The notes below the pieces were generated by a model, which worked only from the letters and a program-made list of their open reading frames with translations, was not told where the DNA came from and did no database searches. From positions 1-35,658 of the forward strand of contig WTCB01000066.1 in NCBI GenBank assembly GCA_013138765.1: 35,658 nucleotides of DNA, in the 5' to 3' direction. Shown here one piece after another: positions 8,919 through 18,800 of this stretch (its first letter is position 1; each line of letters begins with the position of its first letter). The position numbers and the translations under genes are program-made. Source of the DNA: Candidatus Nanohaloarchaea archaeon (GTDB taxonomy: Archaea > EX4484-52 > GLR71).

Positions 8919-9086
8919 GGCACAATTTATTTTTCGAGTGATTTCAATATAAATTGTAGTTAATCTATTTTCTTTATTTTTTTTCTAAATGTCTTTAAAA
9001 TTAATATTTAAAAGTATTTTTGAGATGTTTTATAAATTAAAAATATTTTAAAAAAATTCAAAATCACTTATTTTTTGAATTGTGCC
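8919..9086. repeat. Paired 26-bp sites with inverted arms and direct-repeat cores (attL/attR-like or MITE-like)
   Basis: 8919 GGCACAATT-TATTTTTCG-AGTGATTT 8944 and 9061 AAATCACT-TATTTTTTG-AATTGTGCC 9086. Confidence 0.65.
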
Positions 9087-9142
9087 GTATTTTTGGTTTA
9101 AGTTATATTAGTTATATAAACGTCAAGTACTAAATATGTTGT

Positions 9143-9949
9143 ATGCCTGCAAAAAAGACTGCTAAAAAAATTAAATCTAAACAGAAGAGCACTGTGGATA
9201 GATCAGTAAAAGATCAGTCTTCGGATAAGATTACGTTTTCAGTTGATAAAAAGTCTATTGTATATATGATTGCCTTTGCTGTCCTTGTTATAGTCTCTAT
9301 AGGTATTGTCGGTATGTTATCCAATGATTCAGATTCTGAAAAACAAGATGATATCATTGATAATGATGATGTGACCTCTGATATTCCTGCGGTGGTTGAA
9401 GATGATAGTCTGTTAGATGATTCTGTTGCTGATGATACTATTTTAGATGAGATTGATTCTATAGTTGATTCTGAGGTTTCTGATTCCGATTCAGAACTGG
9501 ATACATCTTATATTTCTGAGGCTGGAGAGATTGTTGCCGAAGTCGGTGTTGCTGTTGAAACTGATGTAATTGATGTGACACTTGATTCTTATGAACTTTC
9601 AACAAGCCATATATACCAAACTGAAGATGACGGTGAGAATATAACTGATACTGCAAGGGCAGGCAAGCAGTTTCTTATTGCTGATTTTTCTGTAAAAAAT
9701 AAAGGTGCAACTTCTGTATATATCGGGTCAACTAAGATTACTTTGATCTCTGATGGTGCATATACATTTGAACCGGTTACATATGAAGGATATGATGTGC
9801 TGCCTAAATCAAAGAGGATATATACTGGAACTGAAATTAATGGTCGTGTTGTCTTTGAGATTCCTTTAAGTTCTGAAGACATGAAAATAAGGTATAGTCT
9901 TTCTGGTCTTTCAATAAGTGATAGATTTGTTACATGGTTTTTGAAATAA
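9143..9949 (+). CDS. Membrane-anchored DUF4352-like (Ig-fold) surface protein
   Basis: Basic N-terminus, one TM helix, acidic linker, then GKQFLIADFSVKNKG...GRVVFEIP. Confidence 0.75.
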   Translation: MPAKKTAKKIKSKQKSTVDRSVKDQSSDKITFSVDKKSIVYMIAFAVLVIVSIGIVGMLSNDSDSEKQDDIIDNDDVTSDIPAVVEDDSLLDDSVADDTILDEIDSIVDSEVSDSDSELDTSYISEAGEIVAEVGVAVETDVIDVTLDSYELSTSHIYQTEDDGENITDTARAGKQFLIADFSVKNKGATSVYIGSTKITLISDGAYTFEPVTYEGYDVLPKSKRIYTGTEINGRVVFEIPLSSEDMKIRYSLSGLSISDRFVTWFLK

Positions 9950-9985
9950 GATACATTTATAAATTCTTAGAATTTCTTTTATGTT

Positions 9986-10360
9986 ATGGACGGTATTGTT
10001 GAAAGCATAAGTGAACTTAAAAAAAGCAGAAATGGTAAACCATATTTTATAATATGCATTTCCGGTGAGAGTTTTTCGGTATGGGAACCATCTTATATTG
10101 AAAATGTTTCAGTTGGAGACACCGTTGAGTTCTCTCATTCTGTGTCTGGTAATTTTAAGAATATTACGTCTATTGAAAAAAAAATAGTTGAGGAAATGGA
10201 AATTGTGCCAGAAAAGATTGAAACCGAGTATCCTATTGAATTTCAAAAAGGTACAGAGGTCGATACATCAAATAGGGTTGATGAGCGTCTTTGTGAGATA
10301 AGCAATAAACTATCTGTCATAATTGATATTCTTTTGGAAAAAAGTTCTGAAAAAAAGTAA
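9986..10360 (+). CDS. Small putative OB-fold protein
   Basis: Beta-rich pattern KSRNGKPYFII...FSVW...VGDTVEF...GNFKNI, followed by an acidic linker and a helical tail. Confidence 0.55.
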   Translation: MDGIVESISELKKSRNGKPYFIICISGESFSVWEPSYIENVSVGDTVEFSHSVSGNFKNITSIEKKIVEEMEIVPEKIETEYPIEFQKGTEVDTSNRVDERLCEISNKLSVIIDILLEKSSEKK

Positions 10361-10428
10361 TTATTCTATATTTTCATCACATTTCAGGATAAACTATATA
10401 TGCAGTTTCAACTAAACTATTTGTTTAT

Positions 10429-12429
10429 ATGGGCGTAAAACCTGTGTTTAATAGTCTTTTTAAATTATTTGGTAAAAATGCTGTTGAACCTGAAATTGAT
10501 AATCATGTTGATGGTGTCGGGAATAAAACTGTGCCTGATAGTTCTTCTTTAAGTCCTGAGGAGAAAGAAGCAGTCTGTGATATGGCTTTAAAAATCAATA
10601 GCAAGATTGATGCTGATAACAGGAAAAGAATCATTGATTATTGGGATTTTTGGGAGTCTAATGTTTTTGAGATGAAAAATACTAATTCTAATCTGTTGGG
10701 TTCGTTTTCATATGATAATTTTTTTGTTGATCTATCTTTTAGAAATTTTATGCGTGATGAATCATTTGTTAAACCTACTTTAGGTATTTTTGATGTGGAT
10801 GGTACTTTATTTAAGAAAGGTAATTTAACTTACAATTCTCATTCGAATAGGATAGGGCTTATGGATGTGGGAGTCAAGCAAGGCATATTTAATTCACCTG
10901 ATGAACTTTTTTATGGGTATATGGGGATGTCTGATTTTTCAGCTGAAGGTGACAGGATAATCAATATAGACGGGATGTATGATGTTTCAAAACTTTTAAA
11001 GATGGATCTGCATCTAAGCCGTGGTTTTGCTGAAATTTATAATCTTCATAAGGATGGTGGGGGTGATGCTTTTTTTGAGGCGAAGTTATATTTTTTGAAA
11101 GAGATGTGTGCGCATCCAGAAAAGACTTGCATTTCACAGACATATTTTCATGATCTTATGCTCTTAAGACATTTTTATGATACTGTTGCGTTGATAACAT
11201 TATCTGATAATGATATTGCAAAAGTTATATTTGAGATTTCAGATTTAGTCATGCCTGATTTTAATTGTGGTCAAGTGATTAGTATGGGCAGTACTTTGTC
11301 GGTCGGTGCGAGAAAAATTGATATAACTGATGATAATAGTTTAAAAAAACACGTGAATCTTGCATTTGGTCCAAAAAAGGTAAATCTGTTAAATAATTAT
11401 TTTCGTAAATCTGGGGTGAGTGAGGAGATGCGGACTATAAGTTCAATATCTGATATTCTTTCATCTGATCCTCTTGCTTTTTCTTTAGAAGATATGGTCA
11501 ATATTGAGAATGTGTGCGGACTTGACCATCCTCTTGCAGTTGTTGCTTACGATAAGATACCTGGACAATTTAATTTAAGCCTTACAAGTGATAATATCGA
11601 AGATTTTTCCGGGCTTAATGAATTAAGTCCTAAAGGAAATATAGGGAGGATAATATGTAATTTTGTTGAGAATAATCAAAATGGTGATTGGTCTGATGTC
11701 ATAAAAAAATATGCAGATGAGAATGGGATTGATTTTAATAAGATCAAAAAGGCAACTGATGTTGTCACTCTTGAACTTTTTGAGCAATCTATAAAGACAA
11801 TTCTTTTTGATTATGGTTTTTCAGGAATCAAATATATCTGTAGTGAACTTGATGAGATAAGACCTCTTATTGAGGAGTATGGTGTTGGGCGTGGTGATGA
11901 TAGTGATGATATTCTTGAAAATATAAGGGATAGATTTGAATCGTTGCGTGATACTTTGATTAAAGATTATCATGGTGATGTTAAATCTAGTGGGTCTAGT
12001 GATGACAATGCAACATTATTTTTAAATCTGCTTAATCTTGAAATTGCTGATATGGGCAATAATGCGTATGGGGTGGAAAGACTTGGTTCAAGGATAAAGA
12101 CAAGCGGTCTTTTTAATATGGATAAACAGACAATTGAAAATATTGAAAAATCATTATCTGGGCAAGGTGAGGATTATGTAAAATCTATGCGTGAATTTTT
12201 GGGGTTCAGTTATTTTTCCGAATCACAAGTAACATCTGTGTCTGATATTCTTCGTGGTATATATCTAAAAAATAATCATGATTGTTTTGGTGAAGTTGTA
12301 GGGATGTTTTTAGATCCAGAAAAGTCTTATGTATTCTTAGCAAGAACTTATGGTGATAGTCCTGAAACTTTGTCTGTGTTAGATAGGGTTACTAAAAAGA
12401 ATGAGATATTTTTAAGATGTATGAATTGA
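10429..12429 (+). CDS. Large HAD-superfamily-like protein with orphan extensions
   Basis: Motif I GIFDVDGTL; candidate motif II ALITLS, III GPKK, IV SDILSSD. Confidence 0.6.
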   Translation: MGVKPVFNSLFKLFGKNAVEPEIDNHVDGVGNKTVPDSSSLSPEEKEAVCDMALKINSKIDADNRKRIIDYWDFWESNVFEMKNTNSNLLGSFSYDNFFVDLSFRNFMRDESFVKPTLGIFDVDGTLFKKGNLTYNSHSNRIGLMDVGVKQGIFNSPDELFYGYMGMSDFSAEGDRIINIDGMYDVSKLLKMDLHLSRGFAEIYNLHKDGGGDAFFEAKLYFLKEMCAHPEKTCISQTYFHDLMLLRHFYDTVALITLSDNDIAKVIFEISDLVMPDFNCGQVISMGSTLSVGARKIDITDDNSLKKHVNLAFGPKKVNLLNNYFRKSGVSEEMRTISSISDILSSDPLAFSLEDMVNIENVCGLDHPLAVVAYDKIPGQFNLSLTSDNIEDFSGLNELSPKGNIGRIICNFVENNQNGDWSDVIKKYADENGIDFNKIKKATDVVTLELFEQSIKTILFDYGFSGIKYICSELDEIRPLIEEYGVGRGDDSDDILENIRDRFESLRDTLIKDYHGDVKSSGSSDDNATLFLNLLNLEIADMGNNAYGVERLGSRIKTSGLFNMDKQTIENIEKSLSGQGEDYVKSMREFLGFSYFSESQVTSVSDILRGIYLKNNHDCFGEVVGMFLDPEKSYVFLARTYGDSPETLSVLDRVTKKNEIFLRCMN

Positions 12430-12452
12430 AATCATTTTGGTGTGTGTGATCT

Positions 12453-13340
12453 ATGGATGAAAATTATGAGGATGCGTCTGAAACATTTAAATCTGCAATT
12501 AATGAACTTGATGATTATGCTTCATCTATTTCGGAGAGAATAGGATTGTTATTGTCTGAAATCTCATCAGATGAACCTTTATTTGATGTGTCTTGTTTAA
12601 GCACTTTTGAAATTGATTATTTAGGATGTCTTAAGCATATGAAAGATATCATCTCTTCAGAGTCCTTAATGGGCGGTGTCTCACTTATTCAAAGTCTGAG
12701 ATATAATAAGGACGTTATTTTTGGTAAAGATGATGGTCTATCGTCTGGTATGACTTATGATATTGATCAGTCTTATAAGGTGCGGTTAAATCGTGGAAAA
12801 AATGAAAAGATTTCCGGATCTGTTGATTCTTTTGAATCTGTTAAAGAATCATTTGACAAAGATATATTCCGTGCTTTGGTCTATAAGAGGGCGCTATATA
12901 AACATTTAGATTATATTGATGCGCTTGATTATGAAGTTGAAAATAAAGAGCAGTTTGAAAATGAATTGGAAAAGACTAAATTTCTTCTGCAATCATCATT
13001 TTTTATGTATATCGGGCATTTTAGTATATTTGAAAGGCTTTTAGATATAAATAAGAGTATGTATCATAAAGGTCATTGGATTGTGGGTAGCGATTTTATT
13101 GAAAATAGTGATTTGAATTTTTTTGATTCTATTAAAAAATCTTTATCTTTTGGGAAAGATATTATTCGAGATGAATATCTTTTGTCTTCTTATCTGAAGC
13201 AATCTAATGATTCGGGAATCATTGATCTTATTGAAAATGGTATATTTCCAGAATCAGAATTGGAGGGGATTGGATCAATTATGGAAGGAGTCTATAAGAC
13301 ATACTCTTCAGTTTCGTCTCAACCTAATTCAAATATATAA
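12453..13340 (+). CDS. Hypothetical acidic protein
   Basis: 295-aa ORF with host-like codon bias, 23 bp after the previous gene, GGTG upstream. Confidence 0.7.
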   Translation: MDENYEDASETFKSAINELDDYASSISERIGLLLSEISSDEPLFDVSCLSTFEIDYLGCLKHMKDIISSESLMGGVSLIQSLRYNKDVIFGKDDGLSSGMTYDIDQSYKVRLNRGKNEKISGSVDSFESVKESFDKDIFRALVYKRALYKHLDYIDALDYEVENKEQFENELEKTKFLLQSSFFMYIGHFSIFERLLDINKSMYHKGHWIVGSDFIENSDLNFFDSIKKSLSFGKDIIRDEYLLSSYLKQSNDSGIIDLIENGIFPESELEGIGSIMEGVYKTYSSVSSQPNSNI

Positions 13341-13362
13341 TATTTTGCAGGTAATTTTATTT

Positions 13363-14442
13363 ATGGATAATATCTGTTCTGAGATAGATGTAATTGTCTC
13401 TGATCTTGTCGGTTGGGAGAAAAAGATATCTCTTGTTGCTAAAGGTCTTAGGGAGAAAAATAAAAGTATTGGTCCTAATGATGTTTTTTTAGACGGTGCT
13501 TTGATTGTCAAGGTCGGACCTGATGATCTGTCTAAAATTACTGTTGGTGGGATTGATGGAGGTCTTCTTCAAAAAGAGTATCATGGAGTTAATATCATTT
13601 TGACACGGGCTGTTTGCGCCGTATTTAATTATCGTGACGGAAAGCTTTCTGGGTCTGATTATTATCCTTCAGCATTTCCTAAACCAAAAATAAAAATTGT
13701 TAAGTCTTCTTTTGATCCTTCTGGTCTGTCATCAGCTGCCTCGATTTTTAGGCTTGAAGCTGAGCTTGGGCTTGCCTGTGATATGATCAATACACAAAAG
13801 GATATGGATTTTCTTTTCCTTGATGGTTCATTGACACTTCATCCGTCTGTAGGGGTAGGTGTTTCTCTAGATTGTAAAAGGGAATATGAGGTACTTATTG
13901 AAATTGTAAAGCGTATGTATTCTTTGGCATCTGTGAAAAAAACAGTACTTTCAGGTATTGTGGAAGATTCGAGAAGTCAGGCATTTATTAAAAATTGCAG
14001 GTCAATGCTTGATGTGGAGATGGTCAAATCTCTTTTCAATGTCAAGGATACTCATCTTTTGACTTATCTTCTTTCTGTCGGGGAAAGGACTTCTGTCTTT
14101 AGGACTGTTTGCGATAATAAGGGTGATTTAGCTGTTGGTGTAAAAGGTTTTGAAAATAATCTTTTTTCGTTTTATATCAGGCCATCTGAATTTGATCGTG
14201 CATTGAGGGTTGATTTTATTGCAAAAGATAATCCGGTTTCTGTCGCCTCTAAAATTGCATCATCGATTTTTTCAATGTCAAGGCATAACAGTGTTTATGG
14301 GATACCGCCTGTCATAATTGATGCTGACCAGAGGGCTAAGCTTTCAGGTGATGAACTTATATCTGTTGAAAATGAGATCAGATGTGGTGTGGGCAATGTT
14401 TCTTCGTTTTCAGAGCTTAGAAGGAATTCAAGGCCTGTCTGA
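13363..14442 (+). CDS. nurA: NurA 5'-3' DNA double-strand-break repair nuclease
   Basis: GGIDGG, LFLDGSL, GIVEDS, GERT and YGIPPVIIDADQRAK. Start moved to the ATG at 13363 to avoid overlap. Confidence 0.9.
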   Translation: MDNICSEIDVIVSDLVGWEKKISLVAKGLREKNKSIGPNDVFLDGALIVKVGPDDLSKITVGGIDGGLLQKEYHGVNIILTRAVCAVFNYRDGKLSGSDYYPSAFPKPKIKIVKSSFDPSGLSSAASIFRLEAELGLACDMINTQKDMDFLFLDGSLTLHPSVGVGVSLDCKREYEVLIEIVKRMYSLASVKKTVLSGIVEDSRSQAFIKNCRSMLDVEMVKSLFNVKDTHLLTYLLSVGERTSVFRTVCDNKGDLAVGVKGFENNLFSFYIRPSEFDRALRVDFIAKDNPVSVASKIASSIFSMSRHNSVYGIPPVIIDADQRAKLSGDELISVENEIRCGVGNVSSFSELRRNSRPV

Positions 14443-14520
14443 AGTTGTTTTGGGTTTTAATCGTTACAGTTGAGGGTAGTTTTATAATGTTAATTGTACT
14501 TTATCTTTTCTGTGCGGATT

Positions 14521-15471
14521 ATGGATTGTAAAAGCCTTGTTGAAAAAGTAGAGATTTCTGAGTATTGCTTAAATTGGGAATCTATTCTTGAAAATGCTGA
14601 TAAAGATCCTTATACTGTTTATGATCTTTTGGATTCTGTGTTTGATTATATTGATGGTTCGACTAATTGTTGTACAATCAATAAGGATATTGGTGAGAAG
14701 ATGCCTTATAGCAATGAATCTGTTGTGGATAAGATGAATTTATTTTCAACATTTATTAAGTCTGTCACTAGTTATACTACAATAAAAGGAAATGATGAAT
14801 ATGTTAAAACTGTTTTAAAACCACTTATTATTATGTCTGAAGATATTAAATTTGTTGTCAATTCGCTTAATGAAAATACTACAGTTAAGATGAGTCATAA
14901 TAGATATGAATCATTAAGGCTTGTATTTAATGCACTTGGCCGTGATCTAATACCTACAGCAAATAACAATAATGAATCTTTGGAGGATATGGGTGATTTA
15001 CTAAAAGAATATAGATTAGTGTCTTATGGGATTGAAAATTTTTCAGAAGATACAAATTATTTTGATATTACAAAAATTATGGATCTTATATATTGTCTTC
15101 CTGTCGATGACAATAATAGTCCTTTGAGGATTAGATTAGTTGATGTATTAACAGCATTAAAAAATGTTCCTGAATATGAACAATATCAGAAGATTATTGC
15201 TGAGACGACTCTTTGTGATTTTGTTGAAACTGTTTTATCTGATGAGATGATTGTTAAAAATAAATTAGTTAAAATCATTCCTGATTCAGGAAAGATAGAT
15301 AAGACTTATGGTTATGATATTTCTTTGACATCTAATGGTGTATTTATTAGGGATGGATTTTTGAGAAAGAATAAAGAAAGATTTGAAAAAGAATTTGTGC
15401 CTAAAGAATTATTTCATCCTCTCAGTTCGCGAAATATATGGGATATGTTGCCGAAGCAAGTCTGTGTCTAA
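14521..15471 (+). CDS. Hypothetical protein
   Basis: Long ORF with ATG at 14521 and TTTATAA upstream; no motif recognised. Confidence 0.7.
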   Translation: MDCKSLVEKVEISEYCLNWESILENADKDPYTVYDLLDSVFDYIDGSTNCCTINKDIGEKMPYSNESVVDKMNLFSTFIKSVTSYTTIKGNDEYVKTVLKPLIIMSEDIKFVVNSLNENTTVKMSHNRYESLRLVFNALGRDLIPTANNNNESLEDMGDLLKEYRLVSYGIENFSEDTNYFDITKIMDLIYCLPVDDNNSPLRIRLVDVLTALKNVPEYEQYQKIIAETTLCDFVETVLSDEMIVKNKLVKIIPDSGKIDKTYGYDISLTSNGVFIRDGFLRKNKERFEKEFVPKELFHPLSSRNIWDMLPKQVCV

Positions 15472-15558
15472 TATACATTGATTTTATTGAATATCTGTCT
15501 GTAAAACCAAAATCATTTAAATAGAAGTGCGCATAATTTAAATATAAGATATATTATT

Positions 15559-16266
15559 ATGGCTGATACTATGGCTGATGAATCTATGCTTACTGTTGTT
15601 GTCGGGGCGTTTGTCCTTATTGCAGGTATAATCGGGCTTGCATCATATTCTTCCGATGGTTCTGGATTTGACCTTGATCTTTCTGCGCTTAAAGCGCCGA
15701 CTGGGAATCTTCTCAAAGGCATGTTCCAGTCAAGTACTGAGACTGTGCAGTTCAGTGCTAGGCTTCTGTCATCTGAACATCAGAATATGCAATTTAAGTT
15801 TCGTGATCCTGTTGAGTCTATAGTACTTAGATATACAATACCTAATCCATCTATATCTTTAATGGATATGGAATTTCCGTCAGATAATATGTCCATTGAA
15901 TTTTATGAGTTTAAGGGCGATGTTATAATTTCAGAAAAAACAACCATATTAGGAAAGGTATCCAGTTTTACTCTTAAAGATGCATCTAGTCCTATTAGTT
16001 CTAAAAGAGAGATCCCTTTAGTAATTGAGAATCTTTCTTTAGATCATATATCTGTTTCTGGAATGTCTGATAAGTCTTTTGATCTTAAGAATGTGTATGG
16101 TGTAATAAATATTTCAGCTGAAAGTGGAAATTTAGTTTATCAGAAAAATACGGGTGATATGGAAATAAGATCATTTGATGGGGACTTATGGATTGATGAT
16201 GGTATCATATATATCAAGGGTACTGGAATCTTAAAGGCAGATGTCCTTAACAGTCCGGGTATTTGA
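15559..16266 (+). CDS. Membrane-anchored beta-rich hypothetical protein
   Basis: N-terminal TM/signal segment followed by alternating beta-strand patterns. Confidence 0.7.
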   Translation: MADTMADESMLTVVVGAFVLIAGIIGLASYSSDGSGFDLDLSALKAPTGNLLKGMFQSSTETVQFSARLLSSEHQNMQFKFRDPVESIVLRYTIPNPSISLMDMEFPSDNMSIEFYEFKGDVIISEKTTILGKVSSFTLKDASSPISSKREIPLVIENLSLDHISVSGMSDKSFDLKNVYGVINISAESGNLVYQKNTGDMEIRSFDGDLWIDDGIIYIKGTGILKADVLNSPGI

Positions 16267-16277
16267 GGTTGTTTATC

Positions 16278-16955
16278 ATGGCTGATATTGCAGCAATATT
16301 CTCTTCATTTGGTGAATATTCTGTATACTTTATTCTTCTTTTTATCATTGTCGTAATTGTTGCGATAAAGATAACTAAACTTCTTTTAGGTCTAGGGATT
16401 GCAGCTGTCATCGGTGCGTTATTTCCGTTTATCGTCAATGATATACTTAAAGTGTCAGGTCTTGTTGAGCCAGGTCTTCAGTCAAGTCTTACCTTTGCTG
16501 TTCTTGCTGTGATTGTGTATGGTGTCTATTCGTTATTGAGTATGGTCTACAGTCTTTTGAAAACAACAGGCAAAGCTGCATTTTTACCAATACGTGTTCT
16601 TGCTTTTATTGGTGATATGACAATGAAACTTTTGACTTTATTGGGACGTCTGGTTGTTGCACCAATAAAATATGCGGGTAAGTTAATCTCTGGAAATAAA
16701 GGAAAAGAAGAAAAGAAAGAGACAGAATCTAAAGGTTATAAACCCAAGGAATCAGATGATGATTTTTGGAAAGGCCGTGAAGAATCAGGTTCGGATGAAT
16801 ATGATGGTTCACATGATATGTCTGTTGAAAAGACTGAAGAAAGGGTTGAAGAAGTTGAAGAGAAGAAGAAGGTAAAAAAAGATACTAATTCTTTCTTGAG
16901 TAAGGTCTATGCAGACTATGAAGAGTTTGAGAAGGATAAGAAGAAAAAGAAATAG
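16278..16955 (+). CDS. Membrane protein with highly charged C-terminal tail
   Basis: GAGGT RBS before ATG 16278; three to four hydrophobic segments; E/K/D-rich tail. Confidence 0.7.
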   Translation: MADIAAIFSSFGEYSVYFILLFIIVVIVAIKITKLLLGLGIAAVIGALFPFIVNDILKVSGLVEPGLQSSLTFAVLAVIVYGVYSLLSMVYSLLKTTGKAAFLPIRVLAFIGDMTMKLLTLLGRLVVAPIKYAGKLISGNKGKEEKKETESKGYKPKESDDDFWKGREESGSDEYDGSHDMSVEKTEERVEEVEEKKKVKKDTNSFLSKVYADYEEFEKDKKKKK

Positions 16956-16976
16956 TCTAATTATTAAGATCTTATT

Positions 16977-18620
16977 TTATTTTTTTAAAAGAGAGTCTAT
17001 GCCTGTTCTTCTTCTGTAAATCTTAAATGTGATGAAAGTCAATAAAATTAATATTATGAATATGACAAGATATCTTGCGTAGGTTTTTATGTCTGTTTTT
17101 TTGGTCATGTCATTTTCGGTATTGATCTGTGTTGGTTCTGTTATCTCTTTTTTTGGGTTTGCATTTGATCCATTGTAAATGTTTTCACTCTGGTCAGTAT
17201 TGTTCTGGTCTGTCATGTTTATCATATCATCTTTATTTATTATTGCGGGCACTAAATGATTAGTTGCTGTAGCTATATCTTCTTCATCGTTTATTGATGT
17301 TTCACTATCATCATTATTTTCTTCGTCTTCAAGGTAAAGTGTTTCGGTATCTGGGTTTGTGGACAGGATATATAATTTTCCGTCATAGGACCCAAAAATG
17401 ATGTCAAGAAAACCGTCATTGTCTATATCAAGGATTGTTGGGGGTGTAACTATCTTTCCGTCTGTCGCAAAAGACCAAAGTTCAGTACTGTTAGAGTCGA
17501 TTGCATATATCGATCCATCATTTGAGCCGACAATTATGTCCATATACGAATCATTGTCTATATCTACAATCACTGGTGAAGATATAATTTCATCTTCTGT
17601 CGTGTATGTGTTTAAGATTTCACCGTCTGAGCCGTTAAGGATATATAAATGTGTGTCCCCTGAACCTATTGCGATCTCTGTTGTGTCATCGTTATTTATG
17701 TCATATATGGCGGGTGTTGAAATTATTCGGTCTTCTGTCTCTCTTGACCATTTAAGGATGCCTGTTTTAGCGTCAAGAGCATAGATGTTGAAATCTGTTG
17801 AACCAAATACCACTTCAAGGTTATTGTCGTTGTCTATGTCTGCAATAGCTGCTGAACCTAAGATTACATTATCTGTTGTGTAATTCCATAATATGTTACC
17901 ATCTGTGCCTTTAAGGGCCAGTATGTTGAAATTTCCGGTACCTATGATCATCTCTAAAATATTGTCATTATTGATGTCTGCGATTGCAGGAGATGATAAG
18001 AAGATTGATCCTATATTTTTCTTCCAGATTTCAGAACCATCTTCTGCATCAAGAACATATAGGTAACCGTCACCTGAACCGATTGCAACTTCAAGTGATC
18101 CATCATTATTGATGTCTGTTATGGTCGGTGATGAATGGACAAGGTTTCCTGTCTTAAATTTCCATATAAGTGTTCCGTTGTTGCCGTTTAAGGCGTATAC
18201 ATATGTGTCGTCAGAGCCGAAGATTATGTCCAGTTGAGAATCGTTGTTTACATCTATTATTGCAGGAGATGATATGATTCCTCCGCCGGTCTTATATTTC
18301 CATAGGATGTTTCCATTCTCGCTGTCAAATACGTATAAGTTTCCGTCAAAAGAACCAATTATGATCTCAAGCTTTCTGTCATTGTCTACATCTGCGATTG
18401 CAGGGGCTGAATCTACCTGAAGACCTATTGTGTAACGCCATTTAAGTTTTACTTCTTTTGTTGCGTTTGAGAATTGCGGGTCTGTGATTGCGCTTACATG
18501 CCTTATGTCATTCTGGTAGGTTGTCCATGTGTCGAATGCGTATGTCTGCGGGAGAATTAGAATAAGGAGTGTTAGTAATGTTGCAATTGATATTATTTTT
18601 GTGGAATTAAGAGGCTCCAT
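16977..18620 (-). CDS. Cell-surface FG-GAP/PQQ-like beta-propeller repeat protein
   Basis: Signal peptide, about eight ~46-aa repeats (W.Y.T...SSPAIADINND..LEI..GS.D..LY.L), acidic stalk, C-terminal TM helix and basic tail. Confidence 0.85.
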   Translation of the reverse strand: MEPLNSTKIISIATLLTLLILILPQTYAFDTWTTYQNDIRHVSAITDPQFSNATKEVKLKWRYTIGLQVDSAPAIADVDNDRKLEIIIGSFDGNLYVFDSENGNILWKYKTGGGIISSPAIIDVNNDSQLDIIFGSDDTYVYALNGNNGTLIWKFKTGNLVHSSPTITDINNDGSLEVAIGSGDGYLYVLDAEDGSEIWKKNIGSIFLSSPAIADINNDNILEMIIGTGNFNILALKGTDGNILWNYTTDNVILGSAAIADIDNDNNLEVVFGSTDFNIYALDAKTGILKWSRETEDRIISTPAIYDINNDDTTEIAIGSGDTHLYILNGSDGEILNTYTTEDEIISSPVIVDIDNDSYMDIIVGSNDGSIYAIDSNSTELWSFATDGKIVTPPTILDIDNDGFLDIIFGSYDGKLYILSTNPDTETLYLEDEENNDDSETSINDEEDIATATNHLVPAIINKDDMINMTDQNNTDQSENIYNGSNANPKKEITEPTQINTENDMTKKTDIKTYARYLVIFIILILLTFITFKIYRRRTGIDSLLKK

Positions 18621-18683
18621 GTTATATCTTTTATGTCTTGTGTGTATATATGTATCTAAGATATGTATCTAAAAAAATTAAGC

Positions 18684-18731
18684 CAGAAATTCCATAAGTA
18701 TGCTGTAGAGCAACAGGTTGTGCCTTCAAGT
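18684..18731. repeat. Dispersed non-coding element, copy 2
   Basis: CAGAAATTCCATAAGT-ATGCTGTAGAGCAACAG-GTTGTGCCTTCAAGT; same orientation as copy 1. Confidence 0.8.
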
Positions 18732-18800
18732 GAGAGAGGTATCAAAATTATAAATTTTGTTGATGTATGGGTCTGTTAAGAATTAAAACAAAAAAATTGA

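Noticed and set aside
7092-18731. The two repeat copies as attL/attR of one 11.6-kb island
   Set aside because: The interval contains the core gene nurA and no integrase, and the copies are diverged.
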